Part shown: piece by piece, positions 36,801 through 49,778 of the stretch
Layout: each line of letters starts with the position of its first letter
Numbering within the stretch: position 1 is the first letter of the stretch
Source: Sarea resinae
Taxonomy: Eukaryota
Direction of reading: 5' to 3'
Assembly (NCBI GenBank): GCA_026026165.1
Contig: JAPEUD010000018.1
Location: forward strand, 186,001-250,000
Length of the DNA stretch: 64,000 nucleotides
Notes under the pieces: model-generated
Seen by the model: only the letters and a program-made list of their open reading frames with translations
The model's database searches: none
Told to the model about the DNA's origin: nothing
Made by a program: the position numbers and the translations under genes

Positions 36801-39506
36801 TTCATCGGCAACAAGCAGACTTTTAACGAGTTTTTGAAACTCTGCAACCTCTTCTCGCAAGATCTCATCAACAGAAATCTGCTCGTTCACAAGGTTTCTA
36901 GCTTCATTGGTGGGAATCCGGAGCTGATGAACTGGTTCAAGCGGTTCATAAGATATGATGGAAAGGATGAAATTATCGAGAACAAGCCTAGACAAACGAG
37001 TGATAGGGTCTCTCTGAGTAATTGCAGAGGCTTGGGCCCAAGCTATCGGTTGCTTCCAAAACGGGTAAGCCAACATTGTATCCTTGCGAGGCTAGTGCCT
37101 GGGGTAGAGTCTGACTGGCATTTTTGCAGGAGCGATTGAGGCCATGCAGTGGCCGCGATGAAATGTGTTGGGAAGTCCTCAATGACGAGTGGGCGTCTCA
37201 TCCCACTTGGGCTTCTGAAGACTCGGGTTTCGTCGCTCATCGCAAGAACCAATACGAGGAGGGCCTACACCGAATCGAAGAAGAGCGTCATGATTACGAC
37301 TTCAATATTGAGGCGTGTCTGAGGACGATCCAGTTGTTGGAGCCTATCGCCCAACAGATCGGACTAATGTCTGATGAAGAGAGGGCGTCGTTCACACTAC
37401 CTCCAGGTATCGGTGGTCAGAGTGAGACAATCTACAAGCGGATCATCAAGAAACTCTACAGCAGAGATCAAGGCCAGCAAGTCATCGATGATATGTTTGT
37501 CAGACCTTGCAGTGTTGTTCCCATTGTCTTGTACCGCCTCAAACAGAAAGCCGAAGAATGGAAAGCCGCTCAGGTAAGCCCCATGCTCAATCGGCAATTA
37601 TAGGCGCTAACAATTCATAGCGCGAATGGGAGAAAGTCTGGCGGGAGCAGACTCAAAAGATATACTGGAGAAGTCTGGACCATCAGGGGCTTCACGCGAA
37701 GCAAGCCGACAAAAAGAAGTTCCAGACCAAAACCCTTCGAGATGAAATTCACACCAAGTTGGAGGAACAGAAACGCCAGCGACTTGTTCCTTACGCAAAT
37801 GTGCCTCGCTACCAGCTTGCCTACACATTTGCAGACACCGATGTTGTCCTCGATGCTACTCACTTGCTACTATCGTACATCGAGCATGCCCATCCTGGAA
37901 ACGTGGCGGATCATGTGCGGGCCAAGACACTCATTGATCAGTTCATTCCCGCGTTCTTTAGCATAGACCCCGAAAGGTATGAGCAGCATATGAAGGATGT
38001 GTACTACGGATCTTCCCCTCCTAATGAAGGGGTGGATGAAGAAACGCCTGGCTCAGAAGAGGCTACGTCTACACGTGGTAGGCGTGCTGTCAATGGAACC
38101 AAGACAAACCTCCTCCGCGGTGTTCTTGAGCGTGGCCGTAACGGTCGGCCTAGTCGCAAAGAGAAAGAAGGAAGTGCCTTGTCCGGAAGCAAAGAATCTA
38201 CTCCCGACGTCGGATCCACAGCAGACGATGAAGTTACTGGCACGCCAAAAGACCGGGCCGGCTCACCTTCGCCGGCCGATGCTCCTGTTGATAAGTGGCT
38301 CGAGCATCCTACTTCCGGCAACATGCAAGGAAAGCGCGATTTCCCGCACAATGAACCGTATCACCGCGACACATTCAACCTCTATTGCAATCTGAACATC
38401 TACTGCTTCTTTAGATTGTTCCAGATCCTTTACGAGCGTCTTCTACTTGTGAAGGAATATGAGTTCAGGGCTTCCGAGGGTGTCCGAAGGGCGAAAGCAC
38501 CGAAAGCAGCTCTCGATCTCAAATTCATTGACAAGCGACCTGAGGACATGTTCGCAGACACCAGTAAGGGCGTCAATTACTATGAACAGATCAGGAAGAT
38601 GTGTGAAGAAGTTATTCGAAGTGAGCTCGACATGAGCCATCTCGAAGAAGTGTTGCGTCGTTATTACAATCAGGTCGGCTGGAAGCTCTACACAATTGAA
38701 AAGCTGCTCAACAACCTTACCCGGTTTGCACTATCGATACTGTCAAATGATGCCAAGGATCGCAGCAACGATATCATGAATCTTTTCCTCAAGGATCGCG
38801 AAAAGGTTAAGACGACTCACCAGAATGAGCTCAACTACCGAAAGCAGGTAGAGAAGCTCAATAAGGAAGGAGATATCTATCGCATCAGCTATGTAAGTTT
38901 TCTTGAAGATGTTTTACGTGGTCATTCAACTAATGGACATAGACCCCACCGACTTCGCAAGCCACCGTTATGATCTTCCAAAAGGACGACACGACCTTTG
39001 ATGCGGATGAGATGACCGAGAAACTGAGATGGTCCTACTATATCACTTCGTTCCAAATGATCGATCCCACTGAGGGAGTTCCGCTCAATCGTCTCCGCAT
39101 GCCGATCTTAAAGCGCAACTTACCTTCCAAAGATGAAAGTGACGAAGAAGCTGCGAAGCGCCTTTTGCCTTCGAAGCACGTGGAGGATCTCATCGTCCGC
39201 ATCTGCATGAAAACTTACAAGATGCTCTATGAACCGCATTCAGAAGAATGGTGGTACCATACTCGAAAGGCCAGCTCCAGCGTCGACTCGTCAACTGCGC
39301 TGGCTGAGAGAATCAAGGAAAAGCGCAGCAGCCGGTTCGAGGACAAATTCGTCATGAACAACGCGTGGATGAAGGGGCTCAGCAAGGATGAGGTGGACCA
39401 GAAGAACGATGAGTTCAGAAAGTGGGTCAAAGACGGACCTCCGGGTGAGTCGTCCGACGGAAAAGGCCAAGCTGGGGACGATGACGAGATGATGACCGAC
39501 CTTTGA
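33882..39506 (+). CDS. SIN3: Sin3 transcriptional corepressor (PAH domains, HDAC-interacting domain, Sin3 C-terminus), multi-exon
   Basis: PAH1 [46 protein letters not shown]2 [17 protein letters not shown]3; [12 protein letters not shown]...[29 protein letters not shown]; several GT-AG introns. Confidence 0.97.
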
Positions 39507-39937
39507 TTTGATTGCGGTCTGAATGTTTGGTCTGGCCATCTTGCTTGCCTTGGAGGACGTCTTCTCTGAACTTTATTCTGGCTTGGTGTGAACTGGAAAG
39601 ATGGGTGGGTACTATACAATACGGCGGGACCGCGGTGGAAGGCGTCAATGGAAAACCCCTTTTCTTTAAGTTTCATGTACTTTAGGCTTGATGATGGAAT
39701 GGGTGGATTGCTTGGGCGTGCTTGTCATGCCGATTGTTATCCGCGATGCTCGATCTCTTGATTAGCAGTAGCATGGGCACGCATTGTGGCTTGGCATTTG
39801 CCTTTAGCAATTAAATGTCTTGGATTCTTCACATTTTCATTTCTGGCCGACGTGCTCGTGGAAGGAAGATATTATTCGTAAAAGCATTAGCGAATCCACG
39901 TGCTTTCGTGTCTTGGAAGTTGGTGATAGTCGCGACA

Positions 39938-39943
39938 ACGCGT
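39938..39943. promoter_or_regulatory. Candidate MCB element ACGCGT upstream of the MutL homolog
   Basis: ACGCGT with an adjacent CGCG about 100 nt upstream of the ATG at 40045; function not shown. Confidence 0.35.
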
Positions 39944-40044
39944 TCTCGCCAGCCAGATGGATGATGGAGAGCTCGCAGCGCAACAGCGAAACGACTTGAT
40001 ATTTGCAATGGGTGATATGGAAGCTCTGATACAGGTCCTTGATC

Positions 40045-43000
40045 ATGACGATCAAGACTTTACCTCCTGCTACCATCCAGGCCATCGGCTCCAGCCAAGT
40101 ACTCACCGACGCATCCTCCGTCGCGAAAGAGCTCATCGACAACGCCCTCGATGCCCGAGCAACATCTATAGTCGTCGAGATCGCGACCAATACCCTGGAC
40201 GTCATTCAAGTCCGGGACAATGGACACGGTATAGCTCCGGAGGATCGGCATATGATATGCAGGCGACATTGCACGAGTAAGCTCAGAGAATGGAAGGATC
40301 TCAAGGACATCGGCGGGACTTGGCTGGGGTTTCGTGGAGAGGCTTTGGCCAGCGCGGCTGAGATGAGCGGAGGCTTGGCCATCACTACCAAGGTCGAAGG
40401 GGAGGCTACAGCGGCTCTTCTGAAGATTGGAAAGAGCGGAGATATTATCAGGCAAGTTTGGTCTTTGCAGAGAGGGTCTCGAGTGGAGCGGCACTGACGG
40501 CTTCGACCTCAGTGAAGAACGAGCATCTCATGCTGTCGGCACCACAATCCGAATCACCGACTTCCTGAAAAGCTTGCCTGTGAGGCGGCAGACTTCTTTG
40601 AAGATTGTCTCCAAGACGCTGTCCAGGACCAAAGATCTCTTGCAGGCGTACGCCTTTGCAAGGCCAACAGTGAGGTTCTCGTTGAGAGTGTTGAAGGCTA
40701 AGACGGAGAAGGGCAACTGGACGTACGCCCCGAAGGCTAGTGTGCTTGTGCCAGATGCGGTGTTGAATATAATGGGCAAGGATGTTGCTTCACAGGGTCG
40801 TCTTGTAACCTACTCGTGGGACGATCAGACGCCTACTGAAGGGGGAATATATAGTCAGGAACATGAGAGGCAAAAGTTCATTATCGAGGCGTTCTTGGTC
40901 AACTCGAATGCAGGCACGTTTCATTGAGGAAGATTCAAACTTTTCTCGAGCTAATGAATTCAAACAGAGCCAGGAAAGATTGCTGATAAGGGACATTTCG
41001 TCTCCATTGACTCTCGCCCTGTATCATCATCACGGGGTGCGGTCAAGCAAATAATGACTTTATACAAAACCTATGTCAGGTCATCTATCTCGTCGGAGTC
41101 TTCTGAAAAGCTTCGCAATCCCTTTATCTGCATGAACATCAAGTGTCCTGCGGGGAGCTATGATCCAAATGTCGAGCCAGCCAAGGATGATGTAATCTTT
41201 GAGGACTCGGCTTCTCTGCTCTCGCATGTGGAATCGTTTTTCCAGTCTGTCTACGGAGACTTGGCTAAAGAAGGTGGCAAGGACAAGAGAGCCGCGCAGC
41301 ATGATCCAAAGAAAAATAGCTTTGAGCTTTTGCTTTCACGCAGGAAGACTGCTGGGGATTCTGCAGGCCATTCAGACTGCGCAGCAAACGATCAAGCCTC
41401 GGAGATCACGAATAATGGTCTGCTGGATGCGGCAAGGTCATCGACTCAAGTTCACAATCACCCAAGGCAGTCCCCTACACGTCAAGTACCTAGCCGTCCA
41501 TCAACCCCTACAGAAGATGAACCTTCGATTGCTCTAATGCAACAACGTGCCTCGCGGCGGAACATGTACTCGACGAATGAGGACATTGGAGAGCATGACG
41601 AAAGCTTTGCAGATGAGCAGTCTAGTCCGGAAACAGAGGATGACCCAGAGCCAGAGGAAACTATGCAGAGTGTTAATATATCTAATCCCTGGGTACTAGC
41701 AAAGATGAACGCTTCAGTTCGCCGGCCGCTGGACATTCCTGGCAGAGGCCTCAACACCGATTTTGGTTCGTCGTCTCCGGCCGAACTAAGTCGGAATAGC
41801 TCTCGTGCTTCTCGTGCGCCTCGGTCCCGGCGTTCCAGCCCACTCAGAGAAATGGATCCACTATTGCCAACCCCGCAACGGTCGCTGTCGGGCTCTTCTT
41901 CTCCAGCCCGAGAACTGCAGACCACTTCGCGTTTACGACCGAGACTTCGGACAACGAACAACATATCTAGGGCCGAAGCAAAACGACGCTATGGCGCTGG
42001 TGCTCTGGATACTTGGGTACAGAAATCCCTTGGCAACAGCGGTCGACATGTCAATGCATACGACGGTAAGGAGACAGATATTCAGCAAGACGATGACGGG
42101 CAAAGCATTGAAGGGTCGGTCGATGGGGATTCTGGAGCTGCATCGAATGACTTCGTCATGGCCCGGGATCTTGTGGTCGATCGTCGGTCTGTCAGCCCCC
42201 TCAAGGCAACTACGTCTCGAAGACAGACACAGACGCCTTTGAGGAGTCCGAGCCGACTTCCTCCACCCAGACATGCCAGTGGTAGTGTTGTGTCCCCGAT
42301 GAACGATCTACGCAATGTCTGGTTCGATATGGGATCTTCTTCTCCTCCGAAAAAGCGTCCGAAAGTCTCATCAACCGCTTTCGAAGGAAAACAAGCCCTC
42401 AACTTCTCACCGTCTAGAGAGATCCGTAATGCGTCTGCAGAGACCAGCCTGTTATCTCTCCGACCAGCGTCGGTCCACCCCGATGTCGAGGAACTTCTCG
42501 ACTACGAGCGCCGCAAGCAAGAAGCTATGAACGAGCGCAAACGCCTCATGGCTCAGAAAGCCGAGCTCGCAACCGCCGCCGCTGCTGTAGCTGGAAATGG
42601 CAATCCTGATGACCTAGAGCCGGCAAGCAGCTCCAACGCGGCCAGCACCAACACGCCGCATCAGAACCGGTTCAATGCGGCTATCGCGGCTCTTTCTTCT
42701 CCATCTACCACGAAGGATGCCGGATCATCTCCATTCAAAGACGGAGACCCACGTGGCTATTTCATACGGGCTGGTCAATCCGCATCAGCCAGTGGTAGCG
42801 GCCGTCTGCGACGAACCAAGACAGCCCTACTGCCGTTAGAAACCGTACCCCCGCAAGCACGAACGCAGAACCTCACCGCCACGCTCGAGACAGACGTATC
42901 GGAGATAGCCAATCTAGTCAGGCAGACGCGCCTGATGGATGACCGCGGCGGCGACGAATGCGACGGCGATACCTGTGTCTCGGGCGAGAAGTCCAAGCGT

Positions 43001-43219
43001 GAGCCGGACCCGTTTTGCGTCTCGCGTTCGCAGGCTCTGGTATGGCAGCATCGACTCGAGGCGTTGATATTGGCTGCACCGTCATCGTTATCGTCATCGT
43101 TATCGGCGGCGGCGACGACGGTGGAGTCTTCTTCTACTGGGGCCCGGATCGGCAACGACCTGGCTCTGGATCTAGATCTGTGGTCGGCCGTGAAAGCGCG
43201 GATGATTTCCCACCTCTGA
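40045..43219 (+). CDS. MutL-family DNA mismatch-repair protein lacking the endonuclease motif (MLH2 / human PMS1-like)
   Basis: GHKL ATPase motifs KELIDNALDA, VRDNGHGI, TSKL, GFRGEALAS and GTTI; SYDPNVEPAKDDV. Introns 40452-40512 and 40914-40967 (both GC-AG). No DQHAx2Ex4E motif seen. Confidence 0.88.
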
Positions 43220-43419
43220 AAATCCTCTTTCTTCTTCTTCCTCCTCTGCCTCGCCCTCTCTTGCGCACGCTTCTGCCTCCTTGCTCTATCACGCATACAA
43301 TTTCTCTCTCTCGCCCTCTACACACATCCCAAACAACAGTAATACCCACAGCTCTAGATAGCGCCAGGCTCATTTAGCCAGCCAGGCTAGCTAGGCTATA
43401 CAATACTAAACACCTGATA

Positions 43420-43800
43420 TCCGACGGTCGGCTGTCCGCTGTCCGCTGCCTAACGTCGTCCGTCGTCCGTCCGACCCAAGAACAAATCACCCCCTTTCTT
43501 GCTACCCTGCTTGCTGATACCACGAGTTTTGCTTTGAAATTGGGATTTGTGGCATGTCACAATCACACACACGGGACCAAAGGCGGTAAGGCGCTAAGGC
43601 GGTATAGCTAGCTGTTTTTCCTGTTTAAATTGGCCGTGGTGCTGGCTACTGTCTTGCCGTCTGCCGTCTGCCGTCTGCCGTCTGCCGTCTATTTTCATTG
43701 GCTGCCTACCGTCTACTTCCGTTGGCTGTCTGCCTTCTGCTGTCCGCTGTCCGCTGCACTGCGCTGGCTGACTGGCTGACTGGCTGACTAGCTAGACGGC
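43420..43800. repeat. Short tandem repeats (TGTCCGC, CGTC, TGCCGTC, CTGG/CTGA) in a convergent intergenic region
   Basis: e.g. (TGCCGTC)5 at about 43655-43689 and ctggctgactggctgactggctga at about 43764-43788. Confidence 0.8.
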
Positions 43801-44706
43801 TAGTTAGGGAATGGTGTAGAGAGCAAGAAAGATAGCCAGATGGCCAGAAAATAGCGTAGATAGGTAGCCAACTACACATCCACACATGCACATCTCTCGA
43901 ACCAATCGACTATTTCATTATAGTTCACAACTTCCAACCGATATCAAATCAAAAATAGAGATCGAAAATCAAAAAGCAAATCCATTCACTCACTCAACTG
44001 AAAACTTTAGTTTCTCTATGACAAACAAACAAAGACATCTACGTAGAGTATCCATCAAGTCAACCAGAGGTGTTATAATGATGACAACAATGATATCAGT
44101 CATGTATCAATATCAATATCAATATCAATTGCCTGTAATTTTCTCAAACCAATCAAATAGACAAGAGAAAAAGCGATAAAAAGTCAAACGTTAGAAGGGA
44201 AAAAGTCGAAACCCAAAGTCAAATAAGAAAAAAAAATAAAATAAAACAATAACCCCGACTCCACCCGAAGCAAAAACCAAATGAATGAAAGAAAAGAGAA
44301 AAAAAGGGGGGAAAATCCCATGAATCAAAACGCCGCCGCCGTCACCGTCCTCACCTCTGCCCACCTCTGCCCCTTCTTTCCTTGTGCCCCCCCTTCCCCC
44401 TTCTCATTTGCTGACGGCCGGCTGCTCTTGAAATTGAAAAAGAAAAAAAATTGAAATGGAAAGTAAAATACAAGAACGCCAGCCTCACAGCCCATGAGCC
44501 CCGAGTAGGAAATGCGTCCCATAATCGTCATGATCATCGTTGTCATCGTCATCATCATAACGCATATGCAGATGAGAGAACCTCATCGAGATCGAGAGAG
44601 AGACCGAGGATAGGATAGGACCAAACAGACAAAAACTTGTCAACACACACAAACAAACACGCACACAAAGACGCACCCACTCACTCACTCAATCCAGTCC
44701 CAGCCC

Positions 44707-47700
44707 TCACACCTCCTCCACAACCCTGGAATCGCCGCCCTTGGCCCCAACCGTGACCCAGACCAGTTTCTCCCTGCGACCAGAGAGGTCATTGCGTTCT
44801 CTGAGGCCTTGCCACATGATCCTGTCACCCGCAGCAGCAGCAGCTCCAGTAGCTCCAGCATCGCCGCCGCCGCCACCACCACTTCCCAACCCACCGTTCT
44901 CGATCCAGCCGCCCACGACTCTGACGACGAACCTGATCTTCGCCTCCAATTCGTTTGCATCGACGATATCGCCGAAGGAATGCACGATTCCGTTCGCGTT
45001 ATCCCGAACGCTGCCACCGCGGAAGGTATGAAAGCCGTGTAAGAGCGTCTGGACCGGATAACTGAGAACCTCCCTCTTATTGAGCGATGCGGTAGGCACG
45101 ACGCCATCCCGTTTGAGAGCGCGGGCCGCTTGGGGCGGCAGATGGTAGAAGTCGGCCCATTTGCCATCTTCGGAGAGAACGAGCTTGGTGTGATCGGGGA
45201 AATTGAACTATCCAGCCACCATGATTAGAGCACCGTTGACATCATACGAACGAGCGTCATGGAAGACAGAAATCAGAGAGTTAGAAAGAAAAGCTTACCT
45301 GGAATATGCCTGTGCCGAACCCCCAAACGCCCACGTTGCCAAGTCGCTGATAGAAGCGAATGAAGTTCTTCCTTCCAGCTCTCAACCCACCACCCTCAAG
45401 CTCGCCATCATCTCCCCCCTCGTCCTTGCCAAGGGTATTGCACATATAGTTGGCAAACTTGCGCCAAAGCACGACGGTCTGCCTCTTCTTATTCTCAAAG
45501 CAATCCTCGCTCGGTCCCAACTTCTCCACGGAGCCGTCATCAAGGACTTTTAGCTTGAATCTCTTCGCATTGACCAGCGCACGCTTAAAGCCGTCATCAC
45601 CGTGGTTCTCGAAGAACTCAATGGGCTGGTGATCAACCATGGGCACAATCTGGAGTCGACCGGCGTAGGAAGGGTCGCATTGTTTTTGAAGATGCGCCTC
45701 GCCGCTGCGGACAACGACACACGACTGAGGGTTATTGTCTCGGGCATTGAGGACGCAGCCGATGCTGCCATCATTGAGAATGTAACCGATGCCGAACTTG
45801 TTTGTGTAGTCCACCCATTTGATCACGACAGGACTATTCCTCATGCTGCTAGGCTTGAGAGGTGGATATCGGGGCTCGGTGTCCTTACTCTTCAGTGCGT
45901 TCTCGAGGTTGTCTTGCAGTTTGGTGAGTCTCGTAAGCACCTGGTCCGGCAACGTGAATGGCAATATTTCTGCCGCATCATTTGGATGTATCAGAGTGGA
46001 GTGGATGGGGCTTGAAGGCTTTGGGAGCTGTCGGGAGGAAATGCCAGCGCGAGTTGTTCCTGCATTGCTGTCTGTGGCCCTTGTCTGTCGAGAGCTTTGG
46101 GCATCACCAGGTCCAGCCACGGCCGTAGTCCGCGTTCCTGAGCGTGTTCGCATAGACCTACTCGAACTTGCCCTGGCCAGCGGCTCCGGTGCCTTCTCTT
46201 CGGCCGCCTCAGTCCTCGAGGCAGACTTCTGAACTGCCATTCTCGTCGAGGCAGTCCTTCGAAGGCTGGCAGTAACTTTGAGGGCATCTCGGTCTAAACC
46301 CCCGCTCACGGACTTCGGTATACGCTGGGTATGGCTAGCATATTGCTTAGGCTTCCCCTCTTCAGCCTCTCTACTAGAACGACGAACAGGACCCTCTCGT
46401 AGTAGACCCAAGCCACCATCAACCTTGCGACGCTCAGCAGGTTCAGTCGCTTGTTTGGAAGATTTCTCATTTGCGATACGCTCTGCTGCTATGCGGTCAG
46501 CCTCCATGCGTTCCGCCTCTAAGCGTTCAGCTTCTGCACGCTCCGCCTCTGACCGCTCATTCGCTGCACGATCAGACGCCGAGCGCGCAGCTGCTGAACG
46601 CCCATCAGACTCTTTTGCTTCTTGCGCTTTCAAGACCGATTTAAGGAGTCCACCCTTTGGATGAGCTTCTTGACGGAGAGTAGCAGCATGGCTTCGCGTA
46701 TCGGGTCTTCGAGCCGCCGCTGTGAGCACTGGATACGCCTGCCTGACGGGCTTCTTCTCTTCGGGCAGTTTCGGCAAAGATGCCGTCTCGCAGGATGTCG
46801 GGTTACTCGGTGCGAAACCCCTCTCGCGGCCATCGCGTGCGAGTTTCAACAAATCTTGGCCCTCTTCTTGTGGCCGCGTAGATGGGAACTGGGCAAGCTC
46901 TGGATATGAAATATAGACTTGGTCGGTCGGAATCGGCACAACAGGAGTGCGGCCCGCTTTTTCTTCCTTGACACACTCTTTGAAGATGGTTCTCTGATGG
47001 CCTGTGCCAACTAGCGGGAAGGTCTCTGTTTCGCTCATTCTTCCAACGCCGCATTCTCCGCATACTTTCGTCCATTGGGCAAGATACTGGGATCTGATGG
47101 CATCGGTGATAGGAGGCCGATTCTCCAGCCATAAGGGTTTCATTTGGCGGCAATTTGAGTCGAGGTAATCTGGAATGAAGCCACGCTTGAAGAATGGATG
47201 GCTGACGATCTCGTCCGCTTCGGGACGGTCCTCGGCTTCGACGAGAAGAGCACTGACGAGGTCTTTCGCATCGGAGGGTATGTCGTTGGCGCAGTTCTTG
47301 ACGGTAGGCCAATCGTATTCCATGTGTTTGACCTTGCGATAAATCTCATCCGGAGTTGACGACTGGAATGGTGGGCATCCCGTGAACATGGCAAAGCTGT
47401 CATAGATTAGTCAAGTCCGAGCTGGAAACCGTACAAAGTCTCACATGATAACTCCCACGCTCCAAATATCAACCTTGTGATCGTGGCCCTTTCGTCCCTT
47501 GGCCAGGATCTCCGGAGCGATGTAGTTAGGCGTCCCGCACAGAGTGGTTCGGCGTTGATGGGAGTGCGACTCCTTGTCGGTGATCAAGATAGCTGCCAGT
47601 CCAAAGTCTCCGATCTTGAGATTCATATCTGCGTCGAGGAAGAGATTGCCCATCTTCAAATCTCGATGGATGACGTTTCGATGGTGCATGTACTTGATCG

Positions 47701-48292
47701 CTCCGCACAGCTGGATGGTGTATCGCCTGATTTCTGGCGGGGTAAGAAACTTGCGCCTACGGACCATGTCCATAATCGACCCATTCGGACACAGCTCCAA
47801 GACCAGGTAGGTGCTCTCTTCGTACGTAAAAGCTCGGTAGAATTCGACGATGTTCGGGTGGTGCATCTTGGAATGAATCTGCAATTCCGTCCGGAACTAT
47901 GGAAATGGTCAGCTTTGAACGATCACCGGCATAATAAAAGTAGCGGATACCTTTTCCTCGGCCTTTTTGGCACTCAGCTTCGCCTTTACAATCTTCAAGG
48001 CAAAAAGATGTCCGGTCGACTTCATCTGCTGGTCTCGCAGCTCACCCTCATAGCAAATGGCAAAGCCACCTTTTCCTAGAAAAGCCCCAGTCGAGTATTG
48101 CTCTCCCGGCTCTCCATTGGGGCCACAGGGTTCGTAGACATAATTCGGTGGTGCGGCGGCATGGTCTCTGGGCTTTTGAGTCTTCGAGAGGGTCGCCTTG
48201 GCGATGGCGGCCTTGTTGTCGAGCTGTTGCTTGCTGGATACGGCTTTTGGCTTCACTTGCACGTTGACGGACAGCGGAGAGAGAGCTTCCAT
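44707..48292 (-). CDS. CDC5: Polo-like serine/threonine kinase (Cdc5/PlkA)
   Basis: LGKGGFAICY, FALK, IHRDLKMGN, KIGDFGLAA and TTLCGTPNYIAPE; polo-box KWVDYTNKFGIGYILNDG and FQFNFPDHTKLVL; three GT-AG introns. Confidence 0.95.
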
Positions 48293-48515
48293 TGCGCTGG
48301 TTGATCTTCTGGTTTGTTAGTACCCCTCCAATCCGCCACCCAAGACAGCAATTGAGCAACCGACGTAGTGACAGTGCATGTAAAGAAGCAAATTGCAGAG
48401 AGAGCGATCTTTTGAGGCCGTTGTGAGTGTCGCTGTTGCTGGGCAGAGCCGTCGGGTGCAATCGTGGGAGCTGGATCGGTCGTAGATGTGGGTGATGATG
48501 GGCGGAGTCGGCAAA

Positions 48516-48523
48516 GTAAACAA
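48516..48523. promoter_or_regulatory. Candidate forkhead-binding site GTAAACAA in the polo kinase / OPA3 divergent promoter
   Basis: Exact GTAAACAA about 225 nt upstream of the kinase ATG; function not shown. Confidence 0.4.
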
Positions 48524-48820
48524 AGGAAGTACGTACCTGTCTGGCCCAGGTTTGGCTGAGTCATCACGTCGTTGCCGGCCGACCAGGAATATGCAGGGAC
48601 AAGCGCCTCGCGCCTCGCGCCTCGCGGTACTCGGGAGTAGAAGCCGACGTCAGACGCAGACGCGGACCGGACGTCAGACGGAAGAGAACGGACAGGACAC
48701 GACAGCATGGAAATCAGCTAGCATTCATCTTCTACGCTCTCTCAAAGCATCGACAATCCATTCCTCCTCTTCTTCTCCCCGTCCTCATGATTATTCTATT
48801 CCGAACATCATAAATGGACC

Positions 48821-49778
48821 ATGTCGAGCATCACCTTGAAACTGACGTCGCTGGTCATCCGGACCCTGTCGAAGCCGATAGCTGTAGGCCGCCTCCATCC
48901 CCCCCACCCCTTCCCAAATCTTCCCACCAAAAAGGTCCCTCGATGCTAATGGGACACCAAACCGATAGAACCAAATCAAAGCACAAGCCCGCGAGCACGA
49001 GCGCTTCCGTCGGATATGCGTCAAGTTCGCCCAGTCGCTGCACCGAGTCGACATGCGTCTGCGGCTCGGTCTCCTGCGCGACAGCGCGGCGATCGAGCGG
49101 CAAATGCAGCGCGAAGCCGCCGAAGCGGCCGCCAAGAAGAAAAAGGCTGAGATCCCGACCGTGAAGACGGAAGCGCAGATGAAGGCCGACCAGGCGCGAG
49201 AGGCGCGAGAGGCGATCAATAAAGACAAGGACAACACGGCCGAGAAGAAAGCGGCGGCGCCCCCCAAGCCGAAGATCCGGCCGTTGTCGGAAGCCAAGGC
49301 CATTGATTCCGGCGCCAACTTCATCAGCGAGACGTTTCTCTTCGTCGTCGCCGGCGGCTTGATCCTCTTCGAGTCGTACCGATCTCGCCGCAAAGAGACG
49401 ACGCGGCATGAAGACGTGTCGGACCGGCTGGGCGAGCTGGAGGCTAGTGAAAAGGCGGCCAGACGAGCGTTGGTGATATTGGAAAAGGAGCTGATCCGGT
49501 TGAAGGCGGAAAAGGAGGGTGGCAAGCCGAAGAAGGTTGAGCGGATCCTCCCGAAAGAGGTTTGGGAGCTGGAGGAGCTCGAGGAAAAGGAAGACGAGGG
49601 ACAACAGGGGTGGGTGGAGAGGGTCAAGAAATGGTATGGTGAGAAAATGGGTGGTGAGGCCAAGGGCTCTCAAGGCTCGCAAGACTCGAAAGACCCCAAT
49701 GGGCTACCCTCTCCACCCATCAAACCGACTCCCGACGCCCACACGCAGCCAAAGACGGAGGCCCCTGCAAGCTCATAA
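48821..49778 (+). CDS. OPA3-like mitochondrial protein
   Basis: Exon 1 MSSITLKLTSLVIRTLSKPIA, intron 48884-48968, then NQIKAQAREHERFR; IRPLSEAKAIDSGANFISETFLF. Confidence 0.92.

Noticed and set aside
43205..43219. MutL homolog ends in SHL, a PTS1-like tripeptide
   Set aside because: MutL proteins are nuclear and a tripeptide match is easily chance. It is only worth revisiting if conserved in orthologs.
48791..49682. Long antisense ORFs (290 and 275 aa) over OPA3, and similar ones over the Gly-rich gene, GH17 and aminotransferase
   Set aside because: Shadow ORFs caused by GC-rich codon bias of the real genes; no domain-like content.
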